In this document: piece by piece, positions 14,007 through 15,559 of the stretch | How positions within the stretch are numbered: position 1 is the first letter of the stretch | Layout of the letters: every line of letters starts with the position of its first letter | Assembly (NCBI GenBank): GCA_040752415.1 | Contig: JBFMGU010000253.1 | Location: forward strand, 1-15,559 | Length of the DNA: 15,559 nt | Source: Myxococcota bacterium | GTDB taxonomy: Bacteria; Myxococcota; JACRCW01 | Direction: 5' to 3' | Translations under genes and position numbers: made by a program | The notes under the pieces: model-generated | Seen by the model: the letters and a program-made list of their open reading frames with translations, nothing else | Databases searched by the model: none | Told to the model about the DNA's origin: nothing

Positions 14007-15559
14007 TCAGGGACTGCGGTAGGTCACCTGGACCAGCGCCGTGGCGACGCCGGTGTTGCCTGCGGCGTCGGTGGCGGTACAGCGCAGCGTGGTCTTCCCG
14101 ACGGGGAACAGCGTGCCCGACTGCGGGCTGCAGCTCACCGGCCGCGCGCCGCTCACCACGTCGTTGGCGCTGGCGCTGAATGTCACCACCGCACCTTGCG
14201 GGTTCGACGTCACCACCGACTTGGCGACCACGATGGTCACCAGGGGCGGCCGCGTGTCCCGGACCGTGACGGTGAAGCTGCGCGTCCCGACGTTGCCGCG
14301 GGTGTCGGATGCGGTGCACGTCACGGCGGTGGTGCCCAGCCCGAAGGTGCTCCCCGAAGGCCGGTCGCAGGAGACGGCGCGCGTCCCGTCCACCAGGTCC
14401 ATGGCCGACGTGGTGTAGGTGACCGCCCGTCCCGCGGGGCCGCTGGCTTCCAGCACCATGTTGGACGGCACGGTCACCACCGGCGCGGTGGTGTCCTGCA
14501 CGGTGATGGTGAATTCCGCGCTCCCGGTGTTGCCGGCGGCGTCGGTGGCGCTGCAGGTGACCGTGGTGGCGCCGAGGGGGAAGGTGCTCCCCGAGCTCAC
14601 CGTGGTCTGGCCAGCCATGCACGTCGGGACGAGGTCGGGGGTGGTCTCGTCGGTGGCGCTGACCGTGAAGGACACCGTGGCACCCGTGGCGCTCGTGGCC
14701 TCCGCCAGCATGTCGCCCGGCACCGTGACCACCGGAGGCGTGGTGTCCCCGCCCCCGTTCGTGAAGCGGAAGACCGTACCGACGCTCCCGCTGCCGCTTT
14801 CCGTCGTCCCGTACAGGTTCCCCGCAGCGTCGCGGATGAGACCGGCGTAGGGGTACGCGCCGTCGCTGTCGTTGAAGCTGTGGAGCATGGTGTGAGTCCC
14901 GTTCGGGGCCAGCTTGAACACCGTGCCGACCCCGCTGGCGCCGCCATTGGCGGTCGTCCCGTACAGGTTCCCCGCGCCGTCGCGGACGAGGCTGGCGTAG
15001 GGGTACGCACCGTCGCTGTCGTTGAAATCGTGGAGGATGGTGTGGGTCTCGTCCGAGGCCAGCTTGAACACCGTGCCGTACCCGCTGGCGCCGCCATACA
15101 AGGTCGTCCCGTAGAGGTTCCCCGCTCCATCGCGGACGAGGTCGGCGTAGGGGTACGCACCGTCGCTGTCGTTGAAATCGTGCAGGATGGTGTGGGTCTC
15201 GTCCGAGGCCAGCTTGAACACCGTGCCGTACCCGCCGGCGCCGCCGTTGACGGTCGTCCCGTACAGGTTCCCCGCGTCGTCGCGGATGAGGCTGGCGTAG
15301 GGGTACGCACCGTCGCTGTTGTTGAAGCTGTGGAGGATGGTGTGGGTCCCGTCCGGGGCCAGCTTGAAGACCGTGCCGACCTCGCTGGCGCCGCCGTAGA
15401 CGGTTGTCCCGTAGAGGTTCCCCGCTTCATCGCGGACGAGGTCGGCGTAGGGGTACGCACCGTCGCTGTCGTTGAATTCGTGGAGGACGATGTGGGTGCC
15501 GTCCGGGGCCAGCTTGAACACCGTGCCGTACCCGCTGGCGCCGCCGAAGACGGGTGTCC
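14007..15559 (-). CDS. Surface protein with Gloeo_Verruco (GloVer) tandem repeats and three HYR domains; 5' end lies outside the window
   Basis: 50-aa repeats GTVFKL...LHxFNDSDGAYPYAxLxRDxAGNLYGTT..GG, then three domains starting DTTPPVV, DTTAPVV and DTRPPLV, each with SGSTFPLGxTTVTCxATD-like motifs. The frame stays open to the window end. Confidence 0.92.
   Translation of the reverse strand, partial: TPVFGGASGYGTVFKLAPDGTHIVLHEFNDSDGAYPYADLVRDEAGNLYGTTVYGGASEVGTVFKLAPDGTHTILHSFNNSDGAYPYASLIRDDAGNLYGTTVNGGAGGYGTVFKLASDETHTILHDFNDSDGAYPYADLVRDGAGNLYGTTLYGGASGYGTVFKLASDETHTILHDFNDSDGAYPYASLVRDGAGNLYGTTANGGASGVGTVFKLAPNGTHTMLHSFNDSDGAYPYAGLIRDAAGNLYGTTESGSGSVGTVFRFTNGGGDTTPPVVTVPGDMLAEATSATGATVSFTVSATDETTPDLVPTCMAGQTTVSSGSTFPLGATTVTCSATDAAGNTGSAEFTITVQDTTAPVVTVPSNMVLEASGPAGRAVTYTTSAMDLVDGTRAVSCDRPSGSTFGLGTTAVTCTASDTRGNVGTRSFTVTVRDTRPPLVTIVVAKSVVTSNPQGAVVTFSASANDVVSGARPVSCSPQSGTLFPVGKTTLRCTATDAAGNTGVATALVQVTYRSP
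14770..15559. repeat. Near-identical 150-bp coding tandem repeat (at least 5 units)
   Basis: AGCTTGAA(C/G)ACCGTGCCG recurs at 14911, 15061, 15211, 15361 and 15511; GGGTACGC(A/G)CCGTCGCTGT at 14851, 15001, 15151, 15301 and 15451. Confidence 0.97.

Noticed and set aside
13012..14622. 536-aa minus-strand ORF
   Set aside because: Alternative frame over the HYR region and antisense to the HAD gene; Arg/His-rich shadow ORF.
14770..15559. 150-bp repeats as a CRISPR array or DGR template/variable pair
   Set aside because: Repeats are contiguous, in-frame and coding, with no unique spacers. Differences are not adenine-specific and no reverse transcriptase is present.

Overview
GC-rich bacterial window. 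The Cys-rich secreted proteins, DAG-type linkers, PilZ protein and orphan kinases suggest Myxococcota (inference). Gene content: a 5'-truncated membrane histidine kinase (CHASE-like), a PilZ protein behind a candidate sigma54 promoter, a cytoplasmic PAS histidine kinase, and a small secreted protein. These are followed by a translationally coupled pair (periplasmic-binding lipoprotein + very long methyl-accepting chemoreceptor), an alginate-export-family outer-membrane barrel, a Cys/Ser-rich lipoprotein, a Cys-rich membrane protein, a HAD hydrolase and a GloVer-repeat/HYR surface protein cut by the window edge. The most striking unexplained structure is a ~295-bp non-coding nested palindrome at 1359-1653. 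It has perfect 36-bp outer arms, internal four-fold motif symmetry and G-quadruplex-compatible tracts. Also notable are the binding protein/CHASE8-like receptor pair with no transporter, and two small apparent gene remnants. Domain calls come from motif recognition only; no searches were run.
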